Below are positions 1 through 15,600 of a stretch of DNA of 64,000 nt, in pieces. The notes under the pieces are model-generated. The model was not told the DNA's origin. It did not search any database and saw only the letters and a list, made by a program, of their open reading frames with translations. Made by a program: the position numbers and the translations under genes. Positions within the stretch are counted from its first letter, which is position 1, and each line of letters opens with the position of its first letter. Source of the DNA: Lytechinus pictus (Eukaryota); contig NC_087246.1 in the NCBI RefSeq assembly GCF_037042905.1, forward strand, positions 9,550,001 to 9,614,000. The letters run 5' to 3'.

Positions 1-204
1 TTGCTACAATGAAAAATCTGCACAAAGATTAATCCAGACTTAAAACCCTAATCTAAGACACGTATCCTACCCTGATGATGATCCCAGCATTTCCAAAACA
101 CTAAAGCCCTATATATCATAACCATAACCTAATGATGAGTTTTTTCTGCTGTCTAATGTGGGTTCATGTTTTTAGCTGTACTTTGTTATTTCTCTCATTA
201 ACAG

Positions 205-3200
205 TGTGGTTTCCTATCAGATCCGTTATGCTGGCAACGTTTCAGATGATACAAAGATCAAATTCATGACTGATGGTGTGCTAATGAAGGAGGTCCAGAA
301 GGTTGGTGAAATAATAACTTACATTCTGAACTTAGTTTATAATACAACATATTTTAGCAAAAGTTCATCTCCTTGAGTAAGTATGTATATGTAGCTAAAG
401 GGATGCACATCATAAACATTTGATGTTCTGTTTATTATTTCTGTTGCTACCCCTTTTTAAAGAACTAAATGGAAATTAAGTTAATAAGGTAGTATCTTGA
501 CATTTAGAGCAAGATACAATTCCAGTAAACATGGAATAGGGCTAGGCAAACTATTGATTTTTTTGTATACCTGTAAGTTTACTTCAAATTTATTGAACTT
601 GAGTCAGAATATGGTGTACATGATTTGATATAAATTTGGGGAATATTGAAAGTTTTCCTGTGAGGAAGAGTAACTAGTCATAAATAACACTGATTTTTTT
701 TCTACCTTAAAGAAAAGTTTATCTTAAATTACTGTAAAATTGTCATTGTTCAAAAGCAAACTCAGTCATATGACTGATCATGACCCTATTACCCTATCTT
801 AGTTTCTGTTTAAATTAAGCCTAGATTTGAAATTATTAAGACCCCCTTGTCATGTCTGATTTAAAAAAATCTTTGTAAAAGTAATTTTTTTAATCCAACA
901 CTAATTGTAATTTCTACTCTTCTGGCTCATCCCAGTAACTATTGATTCTAGGTAAATGAGAAATTATTTTTAATTTAGACCAAACTGTCTAATTTTTTTT
1001 CTCCATATTCATATATTATTCCACTTTACAGGATTTCTTACTCACCAAGTATTCTGTCATCATCATTGATGAAGCTCATGAAAGGAGTGTGTATACAGAT
1101 ATCCTTATTGGTCTACTGTCCAGGATTGTACCACTAAGACATAAGGTATGATTTTTAATCTCATTTTCATTAAGGACGGGGCATTGAGTGTAATGTCATA
1201 AAGGATAATTGTGAATGAGAGGGAAGAAAATAATGAATATCAGATGGGTAGTTATAGGGTTTATAAATGAGGCTGGAAGTGATATTAATATATATAATTT
1301 GGTAAATTGTGGATGCTTTGTGATTTGTGTTGTGGTTCTGACTCTCTCCTTGTAATCACAGCAACAAATTCTTCCACATTGAGCTGAAGCTGACCCAGTT
1401 GAGGTTAATGAACACTGTAAGGAAGGCATTCCTAAAAAATCTGTGAGCACTGAAGTCACTTGCCTAGTTTAAATAGGAACACCTGGGCTCCGTAACACAA
1501 AGGTTTGCGATGGATTGCAATTATGAAAGAACCGCACTGATTGGTCCCTGGTCAGTATTTTAAACCAAATGCGTGTGTATCATTGATATATTGATTGGTC
1601 AGTTCATTTCGCGATTGATTGCTATTCTTTGTGTTGCGGAGCCCTGGAGCACCTAGCAAGGTGGTTATGTGTGCAATATATATACCCTTTGTTGGGTGGC
1701 CAGCAATACTGTCACTTCAGAGATTGTATCTTATATGCTATTGGCAGGATCATATTCATTGTTTGGTCCTTACGTATTAGTTGTTTTTGCACATGCATTA
1801 TTTCCTTCTATTTAATCAATGTGTTTTATATTGGTTTGATATTCTAGAAAGGAAACCCTTTGAAGCTTGTCATTATGTCAGCTACTCTGAGAGTTGAAGA
1901 CTTCACAGAGAACAAGAGACTATTCAAGGTCACTCCACCAGTCATCAAGGTACACACATTTATATTCATGTTACTTCCCTCCACCCAGGGTAGTGTTTCT
2001 TAAAGCTATTCATAAGATACCCATGATTTTATGCACAACTGATGACCTGTGACATGTGCTTAATTATATTCTTGATCATTTTGACTTGCACACAACTAAT
2101 TTTTAAATCCAATATGTGCAGAGCGAAAATATTATAAATAAATAAATACATGAAATCAAAGTTTTTTTATAGTAAAAATTTGATTAGCAGTTTAGGAAAT
2201 TCACACACATTATGTTATAACAAGGAGAAAAAGAAAAAATTCCCAAAATTAGCAGAAGAACAGATATTTAGGAGTGCATTCATTTTTTGTAATGTACGAT
2301 CATCTTTATGAAATGTTATCCTGTTACTAGTTTATTAACAGCTACTAAACTGAATATTATGTAGAATAATGGTTTGATTGGATAACAGTAAGATGTTAGC
2401 ATTTTGAAGTGATCTTTATAATACCTCAATGTAGTGGAGAGTGCCTTTTGAAGTACAGTCCGACCTCTCTTATACGGCCTCCTCTTACCCGGATCTCTCT
2501 ATTATCCGGACACACATTTGCTGAGATTTTTTTTTCTAGTTCTATCTAGCATGTGGGGAAATGAGATTTCAATCTAAACTCAATCCTACACAAACTCACT
2601 TTGATTACACATATTTTCCAATATAGTCTACCTACAACCACATTATTTTTCATGAAAATATCTCACCCAAACCACCGAAAGAACTTAGACAGAATAATTT
2701 TCCAGTAAATCAGGGTGCAGCACAAACATTTCATCACATTCTCTTTTTATTTCCCGGGGGGAAAAAACAACACATGTCTCGCTAGCTAGCGCTAGGCCCC
2801 AATACAGACAGCGCCATCTATCATGTTTGAGCCTACAGTCAGTATAACAATGGCTGACTTTGCGAAGCTGCGATACCCTCCGCGATGATCCAATTGTAAA
2901 ACTTAGTTTCATCAAGTCATTTCTCTTTCTTTCGAGGTATGCTCGATGTATACCGTAAGTAACGGTGTATTAACCGCACCTTTTTCTCGGCGGGATATAA
3001 GCAAAAGTCGGGGGTGCGGTTTATCCACGGTGACGGGTCTGAGCCCAGCCGCGTAAACCCTCCCGAACATGTAAGAAGTCTGCCAGTTCACAACACATCG
3101 AGTGGCCGGGCGTAGCCGCCCAGGGCAATGTCGTTTAGAGGGGTATGAGCCGCGGGTAATGGGAAGCGAATCAAATAGTGTCCATAACAAATGCACCCTC

Positions 3201-3650
3201 CTTCATGACACTAATTTCGACTTTATTCTCGATTCAAAGCAGCGAAGTTCCCTGGCTAAGTTCAAAGAGACGCAAAGCATTCTCGGTAATAATTTGTCAC
3301 AGCTGAGCAAGAGCCGAGAGCTAGCTTGCGTTGTATTGTGGTTTTAGTGCGACTTAAGCTGGCGCTATTCATTTTAACCCCTCAAAGTCCCGTTTCGCGC
3401 CAGCTTATTTTTTTCTTTCCTGTTTGCTTTTCATAAGATACCATGTACATCGTGCACCACGTATGAGTGAGAGAGACGGCACGAAGCCGTAAAACAACTG
3501 GAAAAAATGCCAATTTCTTTATTTTGTAGATGAATTGATCAAGAACAGCAGATTTCCGCATACCGGTAATCTCTTTGAATACTTTGAAATCTTTAACTTA
3601 GTTTTTGTTTCTTCGTACCTCAAATATGCAAGTAAATGTGAGAAGGATTT

Positions 3651-3682
<32 letters not shown>

Positions 3683-6600
3683 TGGGGGTGCGGTTAATAC
3701 ACGGGTGCGGTTAATACACCGTTACTTACGGTACCTCAATCATTTTAGCAGGTAAATTATCAAAAAGTTTTGGTCATCAGTATATGTCATTTCCTAAAAA
3801 TTTCATAAAAATACCGCCTATAATTTGCACTGACAATGCAGTGAATACTGTCTGTATGCCCAATACAATAGATAATGTGTATATAACGCTGTTGGGGAGG
3901 CAGCTGCGTGTATTTATATTGGGTCTCCCAGATCCGGATAATTCCCTTATCCGGATTGGTGCTGGTCCCAACGTGTCCGGATAAGAGAGGTCGGACTGTA
4001 TAATGGAACTCTACTCATCAGGATGTTGATCATAGAGTAAATTCATAACTCTATTATCATCATTTAAAAAAAATTAAGTCTTATTCTAAAAATCATTATT
4101 CTATTTTCTGTTTTAGTCACAGGTTCTAGTTACTGATAGCTATTTCTAGAACCAGTCCCCACTTGAAATTCTATGTTAAGTAAATGATGCTGTAGCAAAT
4201 GTGATTCTCTCAAGCTGTAAGTCATGTAATTCCTCCTCTTGAGAATGAAGAAGTACTAATGTATCAGATTTAAACACTAACTACAAGTATGTGGATCTCT
4301 CAAACAATATTTGCCCCCTTAGTTTTAGTTGAAATGTTTTAATACTCAATGCATTTTTACTTGTCATATTAGGTTGAATCGAGACAGTTTCCTGTGACCA
4401 TTCATTTTAACAAGCGTACACCTGTTGAAGACTATGTCACCGAAGTATATCGTAAGGTAAGTGAGTTACTAGTAATCAGTTTATAACCCTTTTCATGATT
4501 GACAAATATAAGCATTTCAGTTCTGTTAATTTTTATATGAATTATAAGCATTAATCTAGCAAGCATTTTATTGGTTTTACAAAGCTTGAAGTAATACTTT
4601 ACCAACATAAAAGATCAGTCCATATTTGCCTCTTCCTTTCCCCTTTTTCTTTCATTAGGTTTTGAAAATTCACCGGACCTTACCACCAGGGGGCATCCTT
4701 GTCTTTGTTACTGGTCAAAATGAGGTCAACACACTTTGTCGTAAATTCAAGGCTGTTGGTGAGATGATGCATTTGTAACTTATAAGCATTTTAAACATGG
4801 GTGACAACGGGATGATAACTAAATTCATTTAAAAATGTGTCATAGCAAATACAATATTATGGTCTTATCTAACTGTTGCATTGAACAAACACTTACAGAA
4901 AAGAAAATCAAAATTATATGCCAAGACAATCAGTTTGGGTTCCAATACTGCCTCACCTTCTGAACCCAACCCTCACTGCATATTTAGTGTTTAATTATGT
5001 AAAAGTGACATGGAACATGCATTTTATATGGAAAAAAAGTTAAGCAAAGTGGAAAATCAACAATGAGAAATTTTGACATTTTTTGCCCTTTTGAGGAAAA
5101 CAAAATGATATTGTAAATGTACTTTATCAAATTTCTCTTGGAACTATCTTATACATTGTTAGAAGCACATGATATTAATTTAGATGTGTAAAACATGACA
5201 TTCATTTGTCCAACCCTATTTGGTTGTAGTCTCTGATTACAGGATGTATCATAAAAAATATTAGACATTTGCTTTGTTTCTTTATCTAGAGACTTTACTT
5301 CTTTTTGCACATACTGTTTATACAAATTTGTATGATTAAGTTCCATGAGTGGTAATGTTGTGTCATTATGTAGGGAAGAGACCTGGACCCAAGCAGACAG
5401 GTACTGAAAAATCAGGGACAGGTTCAAATGAGGACCAGGACCTGAAAGAAGACCAGGAACCAGTCCAAGAAGATCTGAAGAAGGAGGAAGCAGAGAAGAA
5501 GGCTTTCAAGAAATGGAAATTACCCAAGATCAGTTTGGACAGGTGAGCCAAAGTCAATCTATTTTATATATCTTCAAACATTCCTGAAAGTTTTAACAAA
5601 TATTTTATGTTATATTAACAATACTTAATTGCCCCCATTGCTTGCTAAAGAAATTGAAATAGCACCTATATTTTTTAGCAAAAGTCCAAGTGGTTCTTGA
5701 TTCCTGAACCAAGAATGGTCAAGTATCTTAAGTGATGAAGTTAATGCTTTGTGATGGAAATATAAAACTTGACACTAGCTTGACACTAGCTGGCTCACTA
5801 TGAAAATTTCACTCTCTTACTCTAGCAAGAGGTATCATTCTTGTTTGTATCAAACTTTACACAAGGTGGGGCTGAAAGTACCATTTTTAAAATGTCTAAT
5901 GAGAGTATTGCCTTATTAGTTTTTCTTGAATTAGAAAGGAGAGAGAGCCCTGCTATTGAATACTTTTATGTATTTTCTTAATGCATAGAAGCACTGTTGA
6001 AAGGTCTGCAATTTGAATGAAATAGTGTAGACGTATTTTCTCTGCATTTTGTACTTGCACCTTAATGAATGAGTTGGGTTGGAGGAGGTATTTTGGCCTC
6101 TCAGATTTTGACCAGAAATTGCTAAATTGGGTAGGGTATGTTGTCATGTAAAAGGATTTTTTATCATACTCTTTCATATCTTTTATACCTTATGTCATAC
6201 ATGTAGTTATTCAGCCCAGCCTCATGATGTGGAGAATGATGTCGATGATGAAATAGATGATGATGATAATATTGACAGTGATGGTGAATCAGAGGAAGAA
6301 GTTGATGATGGAGTTGAAGAGGATGAGGTAAGATGAGGTCAAGAAACTATTTCAACTTCAGTTTTAGTTTATGAAGTGATACCACACTAATTGCCTCAGG
6401 TTTCATTATAACAATGATGTAAATATATGTATGAGGTCTGGTGGGTGTTTCATAAAGCTGTTCGTAAGATACGAATGACTTTACGCACGACTGGTGATCC
6501 TTTCTTGTGGTATGTGATATCCCTATGCAATTGAGTTATGACCTAAGAACATGTTCCAGTCGTGCGTAAAATTGTGTGTAACTTTACGAACAGCTTTATG

Positions 6601-9600
6601 AAACACCCACCTGGAATTGCAAATTACGTTTCTACTCTTGTGTTTCAGGACTTAGTCAATAGAAAATAACCATTCACTAATGTTCTTCACTAATGTATTA
6701 TTTGGCTATTCATTTATGAGTTGCATGGAAAATTAAGTTTGCTCAACTTTGCTTATTAAAGTTTGCTTTAAATTTACTGTTATTATTATTATTATTACAC
6801 CTTAGTCTCTTCCTATTTCTAAGGCATTCTTATTTTATTTATTTATTTTATTATCATTATTATTTTTTTTTTGGGGGGGGGGGGGCTTCTGTGTTATTTC
6901 TAAAAAAAGGTAAACTTGCATAATTCGACTTTTCCTGTTAAGTCAAATATTGTCAAAGCAATTCTGTAGACCAGGGGCCTGTTTCATGAAGAGTTGCAAC
7001 TGTTGCAACTTTGCCATTATGGCAACTACCATGGCAACAGGGCTCAGCAGCCAATCAAGGTTACCATGGTAGTTGCCATAATGGCAAAGTTAAAACATTT
7101 GCAACTCTTTATGAAATGGGCCCCAGATTATGAAAAAAATGTGTCTTGTACCTTTTCTAAGTCAGAATTCTCTGAAGTCAAACAGATGTCTGTGGCTTCT
7201 ATGGAACCAATTTCAGCAAATATACCTTAGATTATATGTTTGTATGCAAGCAGATTAATTTGACCTCCAATATTCCTTGATGAACAGGAAAAGGCATTGA
7301 AGCCAGAAGCTGCCGAGGACCAGGTCCCGATGTATGTCCTTCCCATGTACTCCCTCCTGGCTCCTCATCGACAGGCCCAGGTCTTCAGATCACCTCCAGA
7401 GGGCAGCAGACTGGTTGTGGTAGCTACTAATGTGGCTGAAACCTCTCTCACCATCCCTGGCATCAAATATGTGGTGGACACTGGCAGGGTGAGTTAGGTT
7501 ATTTCTTATTCTTTTCTGCATAAATTTAATGCATATATATATATTTATATATAGCAATTGCTGGACTGCCAATCCAGCAAGCAAAATGGTTAACAAAGAC
7601 AATTCACATGAAAATTGTCAAAAGTCACCCGAGTAAGTTTAAAAAACGGCCTTGTAAATTCTTACTTGGCTCAATACATATTGTGATTTGGCATCAAAAG
7701 CAGTTAGAAAAAAAGCCCCCTATAGGAATCCCCTCCCCTTTGCTCTCGATTAATCTTGTATATTGGCCAAGATCCATGTATTTTTTTTAGTGGTCAGTCC
7801 AAAGTGGTGTTCGTGAAAGGGAAAAAAATTTGTGTCTTCCCTTTAAAAACAGAAAGTGCATGGATGGTTTGTTCTCAGAAGTATATTGCATTTGATATGC
7901 AACCAACATTAAACTGCTTACATGAAGATACCTTGGGATTATTTCTTGAAGCTTTTTGAAAATGATTCCACTGATACTGTTATAAAATAATGAAGTCCTT
8001 GCCTTTGATCAGCTCAAAGGAACTTTTTCAGTAAACATGAAATCAAGTAATTTTGCCACTTCTTATTGTAGGTCAAGAGGCGTTTCTATGACAAGGTCAC
8101 TGGTGTGTCATCATTCAAGGTCACCTGGACGTCCAAAGCATCAGCCAATCAGAGAGCAGGGAGAGCTGGTAGGACTGAACCAGGTCACTGCTATAGGTAA
8201 TGGTCATTATAAAAGTGATATCTTATATTGAAAAGGGTAATGGTAAATAATATCCACATTGTAAGCTTGTAGATCATGGCATCATAATGTAAAATGAATG
8301 GAAAATATCACATCCTATTAATTGATGACAATTACTTTATTTTGTATTGGGGGAGGGGTGGTTGTCCATCTTTGCAACAGAAGTAAATAAGTATATAATG
8401 TATCAGTGGAAGTGTGGGATAACACAGAAATGTATCCATGGAAGTGTGATATAATACAGAAAAGCACTCTACCTGAAAAAGTTATCAGAGTCTCTTGAAG
8501 AGTATATGAATGAAAATGTTCATACACCCCTTATAAAACTTTACATGAGCTTAGTCAGTAACCACCATTTTTTTTCTTAGGAAATATACTCTTATACTTT
8601 TTTCATGCTACCAGTTTCAAATCAAATTTTGTCATGATGGATATTGTTAACTTGATTGATAATCCTATCTTAATAATCTATCTTTTCTCATCAGGTTGTT
8701 TTCATCTGCTGTCTTTGGTAATGATTTTGAGACCTTTGACCCAGCTGAGATCACCAGGCGACCTGTCGATGACCTCATCTTACAGATGAAAGTAAGAACT
8801 TTTTTTCAGTAATTAACTTCTTTATTGAATAGTTGTGCATCATTCAGATGGTATTTGATATCAAGCACTATTTCAAAGTAACAAACTCTTATATCTTGAC
8901 CATTTACCGTGATTGAGGTATTGAAATATGTGATTTTTTTTTTTTCCCCCCCCTTTTTTTCAAATTGGTTTTGATCAGTCAAGCATGGAAGATGAATCAT
9001 TTATGTTACACCATATAAACGAGACTCGTTTATAGCTTTACAATGAAATATCATTTGTCAATTGTATTTATTTGATTAAGTAATGGTAAATCATCAATAA
9101 TTCTTGGTTTTGTTTTTGTGGGATACACACACACATAGATTTTTTTTTTTTCATTTGTAGGATATGGGTATAGACAAGGTGGTGAACTTTCCTTTCCCAA
9201 CTTGTCCAGATGAAGAGAGTCTGAAGGTAAGTGAGTGAAAATAACATCTTGACCCAGGATATTGACTGTCTTACTAGTCAATTTCAGTAATAAGAATCTT
9301 GACCCAGGAAAAAGATTATTTGAGCGTTCTAGCTTTCTGTTCATTCACATGATTTTACTGCGATGAGTGCATTTCAAAAATCCTCATTTCCGTTTTCAAT
9401 GTTATTTTCTGATTGATACCAATATTCAGTTAAAGTAATTCATCTTCTTTACCCAAGAATTTGATCTTAAAACTAGTGAGGAAAATGACATATTTTGCTG
9501 CATTACTTCAAAGTTTACTTTATATCCTATTATTCAATGAATGAATGAATGGATGAATTTTTTAAATTTTGGTTATAGATGTATTTTATGTATTTTACAA

Positions 9601-12600
9601 GATGTTAATCTAAATGTTAACACTGTCCTATGCCATGAAATCAAATCCAAGAAAGCATCAATATCTGTCTACCTGCCTATTGAAAAAAAAAGGAACTTCA
9701 ACGTAACTTTATATTAATCATATGATATTTAAAGCCTGGTAATGATGTTTTCCTGACGTGTCAGACAACTTCAAGGTTGTTTCTTATGGTTCTGTCTCTA
9801 GAAGTAAACTTGATATAATTCAAAATATTTGTTTTATTTACTAGGCTGCAGAAAGGTTATTAATCTCCCTTGGTGCATTGGAACAGCCTCCCAAACCAAA
9901 GACATTCAGAGATATGAAGAAAGGTAAACAACTCTCAAAATAAATTCAGATTATTAGACCCATATTCTGAACTCTGGTTCAATTTCAACTCTGGTCTTAA
10001 GTCGGAGAATGGTTTCAACATATTATTTCTGTATTTTAAAAAAAAAATGTTTCATGCTAACTTGAAACCTCAATATCTATTACTTTTTCAGTGACTTATT
10101 TTCTCTATTAAATTCACCAAATGTGGTTTTATGTTTTATCATAATTTGGATGTTTGATAGCTACTAATAGTTTTCATATTTACTTTGAACTAGTTTTTTA
10201 GATTTGAACAAGTTTACATTTCTTTTGTTTATCTTGTCTTGTATATGAAAGAGTTCTTCAGCACAAGGATCACAGATGTTGGTCGAGCCATGGCATGTTT
10301 GCCCGTTGCCCCATGTTATGCTAAGATGATCTCATTGGGTCAGCAGGAAGGATGTCTGCCCTATGTCATAGCTTTAGTATCAGCACTCACAGTCAGAGTA
10401 TGTATACACACTTGGAGTCACAATATTAGGGCTGTCACATCCATTGGGTGTTTCATAAATCTGTTCATAAAGTTACTCATTACTTTACGTGCGACTGACA
10501 CATGTGCTTTGGTGCTAAGTCAGCTACATAGGGATATGTCATTTAGCAAAAGAAGGGTCATCATTCGTGCATAACTAATACAAACAGCTTTATGAATCAC
10601 CCATGTGAGTGGTTCAACCAGCAAATCATCATGTCGGTGCAGGAACGCCCTTAGCACCACACTTCCGTGCACCTCACCGGTGCAGAATGCCCTAATGCAA
10701 TGCGCGTAAGTGTGGTGCGTTCCTGCTCTGGCGTTCCTGCACTGACACAACAATATGCTGATGTTGATATGGCAAGCCATTTTATGATTTAATACTTTTT
10801 CTTTGTATCAAGAATTTGTTTCCTGATGTCACTAAAAAAATCATTTTATGTTCATAACAAATAAAAATATTTGGTATCAAAAAATTAATAATTGATATCA
10901 AAAGTAGGATTAAATGTTAAATGTTAGAATAACTTGCCATGTGTATGTCAACTTGCACAGGCGAAAACAGCCTCTTTGGTAACATATCTACGCTATTCAT
11001 TTGTGTGTGTAATCCTGAAATGATACAGAGATTTTAGTGTTGTGAAAAAGTGTTGAATAACTTAGTCTGATGTTCATACAGAGGTGCGTAAGTCAGTTTG
11101 TAATAAAAAGTAAAGGATAACTAAACGAAATTAATTGAGAATACTTGAATGTGTTTCAATGTTTTCTATTGATAAACTTGAATGATTTACAAACAAAGAC
11201 GGATGTTTTAGTGAATAGTAGTTTTAAGTGTTGCTAAGATTGTATTTCTCAGATTTGGTTTTATCATGAATAAAGCTCTGTCTCTATTTTTTTAATGTGA
11301 AACAATGAAATAATTTTTTAAATGTTTATTTTCTTCAGCTTGTCAATTTATTGTAAAATGTGCTTTAAATGCATGAAGATTATGCGATGAGGTAGTGATT
11401 TCATTATTAAAATTTATGTTTGATTTATTCAGGAAATCTTTGAGGAAAGCTCTGTACAAGGAAACACAGATGCAGAGGTAAGCAGTATCTCAGTTATGTT
11501 TTTAGAATAGTGATATATAGAATCAGTTTAACTTGTAATCATCCTCAATATGTAATAAATATAACATGCAGTTTATCATATAATTAAAAAATGTACATTG
11601 CGTGTGTAAGACATAATCTGTTTTGTAGTAACTCCTGTTGTTATAGATAATATTGTGTTAATTAAACATATGCTTTAATTCAAATTTTTATATTTGTATC
11701 TGTATGTTTTCAGAAAGAAGTGCACAAGAAGCTGCAAGCAAGAGTGATGCATAATAAGAAAATATGGGCTGGAAAGGTAAGTTCTAAGCTTTGCTAATCT
11801 TTAATGGATCAATCATGTATGAAATCAATATATGAGGTAATTCTTGAGAGATTTTATAGGCTTGTACATGTAGGTGAAGGTTAATTGAAGGTGAAGGTGC
11901 ATAAATTGAAGGGGTACTCCAGGCTAACAGCAATATGATTCAAACAGATAAAGAAAAATCAGACAAACAAAACACTTACAATTTGACTGATAACTTTGTT
12001 ATTTTTTATCAGATTTTGATGAAATGTTCGGCATCTGTGAATTTTACTCTATTTATTCAAATATAAATATTTTCAGCCCAGAGCATCTCTTTAAGTAAGA
12101 TTTAGGATAATGGTGGTGTAAAGCTAAGCTATATCTATGAGGAAGATTGAGGAATTGAATAAGTATTGATGGGAGCACTAACAATTGCTTGCAGGTGTAG
12201 ATTATTAGAAGTTACATGTATTTTGACAGTACAGGAACTCAAGAGTGTGGCAATAACCACCAAAGCCTGAACTTATTATTTAATATTTGTTTAATATTCA
12301 AGCTCTTGATTTTGATTGTAGAGCAACAAAGTAATCAACCTTTTGTCCCCCACCCCCAGGGTGAGAAATCCCTTCTAGGAGACTTGATGGTGTTGTTAGG
12401 TGCTGTAGGTGCTTCTGAATACGCTGGATGTACATCTGCATTTTGTGCATCACATGGTCTAAGATACAAGGCAATGGTTGAGATCAGAAAACTCAGAAGA
12501 CTTCTCACAAATGCAGGTAAGATTTAAAAATTGTAGAAGAAATCCATAATTTTGTGATTGAGTATTGTTAGTGATTCATACCCAAAATACCTTTCATTCC

Positions 12601-15600
12601 CCCATTTCTTCTTTATTCGCACCTCTGCTTGTAGTAATTATGTTATGAGTATTGGTATTTTATTTTAGTAATTTATACAGGTGAGACCCTCTGAGATTTA
12701 GGATAGTTGTGTGTGGTTTTGGTTTTCTTTAGATTGACTTGGGGCTCTTGTTAATGGTCAGTGTCGGGGTCCTGGTTGCCCCCCCTTTCCTTTTTCTCTT
12801 TGGGTCTCATTTCCTTTCCTTCATTTTATGCATTTATGATACTATTTTTTTTCCGTTTGTATGAATTTGTGTAATGTATTTGAATATTTACTTATAATGT
12901 TTTCTTCATATTTTTATTATGATTCTATTTGTAAACAGTCACATATTTCAGTCTTTGGACTGCTTGCAATTGCAATAAAATCCAATCATACAAAAAAAAA
13001 ATTCTTGGCACAAATTAGCAATCACAGATTTGTTCCTTACCAACATTTTGAGATTTTATCCATGTTCCTGTTGTCTGTTGCATTTCACCCAAACCTGACT
13101 TTAAAAAGTTCTGACAAGTGATGATTTATTCTTGTCCCCTTTCCCATGTTTTAATGTTTGTACAGAACACTTCAATAATTCTTTTGACTCGAACTTCATT
13201 CTTTGAATGTAGGCTAATATAATGTCCTCTCTGCAAAACCAAAGCCATGTAGCTTATCATTCTTCTCATCCTTCTCATCTTCTCTGTAACTCTATTATTA
13301 TTTTTTTGTTTGAATTTTTATCTTGCAGTTAATGCTGTTGATAGTGAATGTGGAGTCTTTATGGACCCTAAGATGGCCCCGCCCACTTCCACTCAGGTAA
13401 TAAGACAATAATATCTCATGTTCTTTACAATTATTTTCATATTACTTAAAAATTGACTTACCTCACAATAATTTGAATGATTTTTTTTATGGAATAAAAA
13501 AGATATTTTGATACTTGTTATTAATTTTTTCATCCCTTTTTATATATTCTCAGGTGAAGATGCTTCGTCAGATTGTTCTAGCTGGCCTTGGACACCATGT
13601 AGCCAAGTAAGTCTTTGCTTTCATGTCATCTGTTGTATAATCCTTTGGAATAAGGTGCCTTATGCATAAGTATAACACTGATTATGGACTTCCACTAGCA
13701 TGAAATATTGGTTTCCCTTTTTAAAAGAGATTTATAAATTTAAAAGAGATTTAGATGAAAAGATGGATGGATGGATGGATATGCTGTATGAATATTAAAA
13801 AAAAAAAATATATATATATTGTGCAAATCTACCATGTTTGTGCCACCCTAGTATGATTCATTTAATGTATTATATTTGTTTTAATGAAACCTCACAATTC
13901 TAAATACTTTATAACTATCAAATCAGACGAATGTCAGCTGACCAGGAGGGCTTTCAAAGAGGAGGTTATCAGAGCGTTGGCATGGAGGACGCTGTCTTCA
14001 TCCATCCCAATTCTGCTCTATTCAAGCAGCTGCCGGATTATGTTGTCTATCAGGAAATCATTGAGACCACCAAGCCTTACATGAGAGGTCAGTTTGCTTA
14101 ACAGAAACATGGGGTGTTTCAAAAAGATTTTAATATCTAAATTCACCCTTTAATTCCAAGTTGCGTGGGGTGTAAGCTGCGTGACTGCATTGGCCAGATC
14201 ACGCATGGGAGACACTTGCAAGTGCATAATAATATGAGATTGTACATTAACTATCATGTGTGAATTGGTACTCAAGTACATGTATGAATTTATAAAGTGG
14301 TATTTAACTTTTTGTGAAACAACCATTGCTGATCATTGTACAAATTCTATGGGAATCGGAAAGATCAGTACTCAACAGGATGTTGCTTTATCTAAAGTGT
14401 TGATGATAAAAGTAACTACAAAGTTCAAGACGAGCCCACATGAAAATATTGAAGTATTTTTATCTAGCATGTGTCTTTATGTATTCTGTGGAAATTGCTT
14501 GGGGTTTTCATTTTGATATCCATGATTGCAGTTCCCTGTAATGCCTTTCTCGGTCCAATCGTTCATTCATGGTTTTCTCTACTAGGACCCCTGATAAAAA
14601 CTTTATTATAGAAGATTTGCCATCTCTAACAGTTCAATCAATTACTTTCTTTCATGGAAACGTATGATAGGTCTGGCCTTTCTTCACCTCTCATTTGTTT
14701 GTCATCCATCTTGATGAAAACACTTTTCAGAATCTTAGTTTTTGCCTTTTTGGCTACTAGTGAAAAACAAGATAGTGTGTTCACTAGTTTGTAAGGACCA
14801 ACATAAAAGGATTTCGACAATATTACATAAAAAGTGTCTTATTGTAGGGCAGTAGTGTGTATCTGTTTAGAAGCTATGCTAATAAATGAATCTCTATACA
14901 CTGATTTCAGGTGTTACAGCGATTGAAGGAGAGTGGTTACCTGTTCTCTTCCCTAATCTCTGTACCTTCTCCAAGCCTCTTGAGGAACCCACTCCTTCAT
15001 ACCATTCTCCATCTGGGACAGTCAAGTGTCACATGACCTGTACGTTTGGTAAGCAGAACCTCATTTTGTATGATATAGCGACGGAGTAATCTGCCTTTGT
15101 TTTCATTTATGTATATTTGAAAGTTCAACGTTTCCTGGAGGAGTTTTCATTTAACAGGCCTTCACTACTTGGAGGGATTGAAAAACTACTTGCCTTGCAG
15201 ACATGTAGTCAATTCCAACACTATCTATTTTTTTATTTCTTGTATGCAGATTGTATGTATCTGTACTACTTGATCATTTTTTTTAGGGGGGGATAGGTGT
15301 ACTTTTATCAGATTGTGGATATAAACTTGAGATTTGAAACATAGACATTTATTGATATTTTATCCTTAATGATTGAGTTCTGTTATGAATTTATATTGCA
15401 AGTGATTGGTAAAGTGTGAAATTAAATTGTGATTCTATCTAGGGAGGAATGCATGGCCTCTTCCAGCCCAAGAATTGGACTTCCCAAAGAGTCTGGACAA
15501 AGTCAAATGGTTTGGAAAATTCCTTCTTGAGGGAAAGGTGGGTAGAGATCTTATTAAACGATGTTCCTGATATATCAAGATAATATTCCTTGTCCGACCT

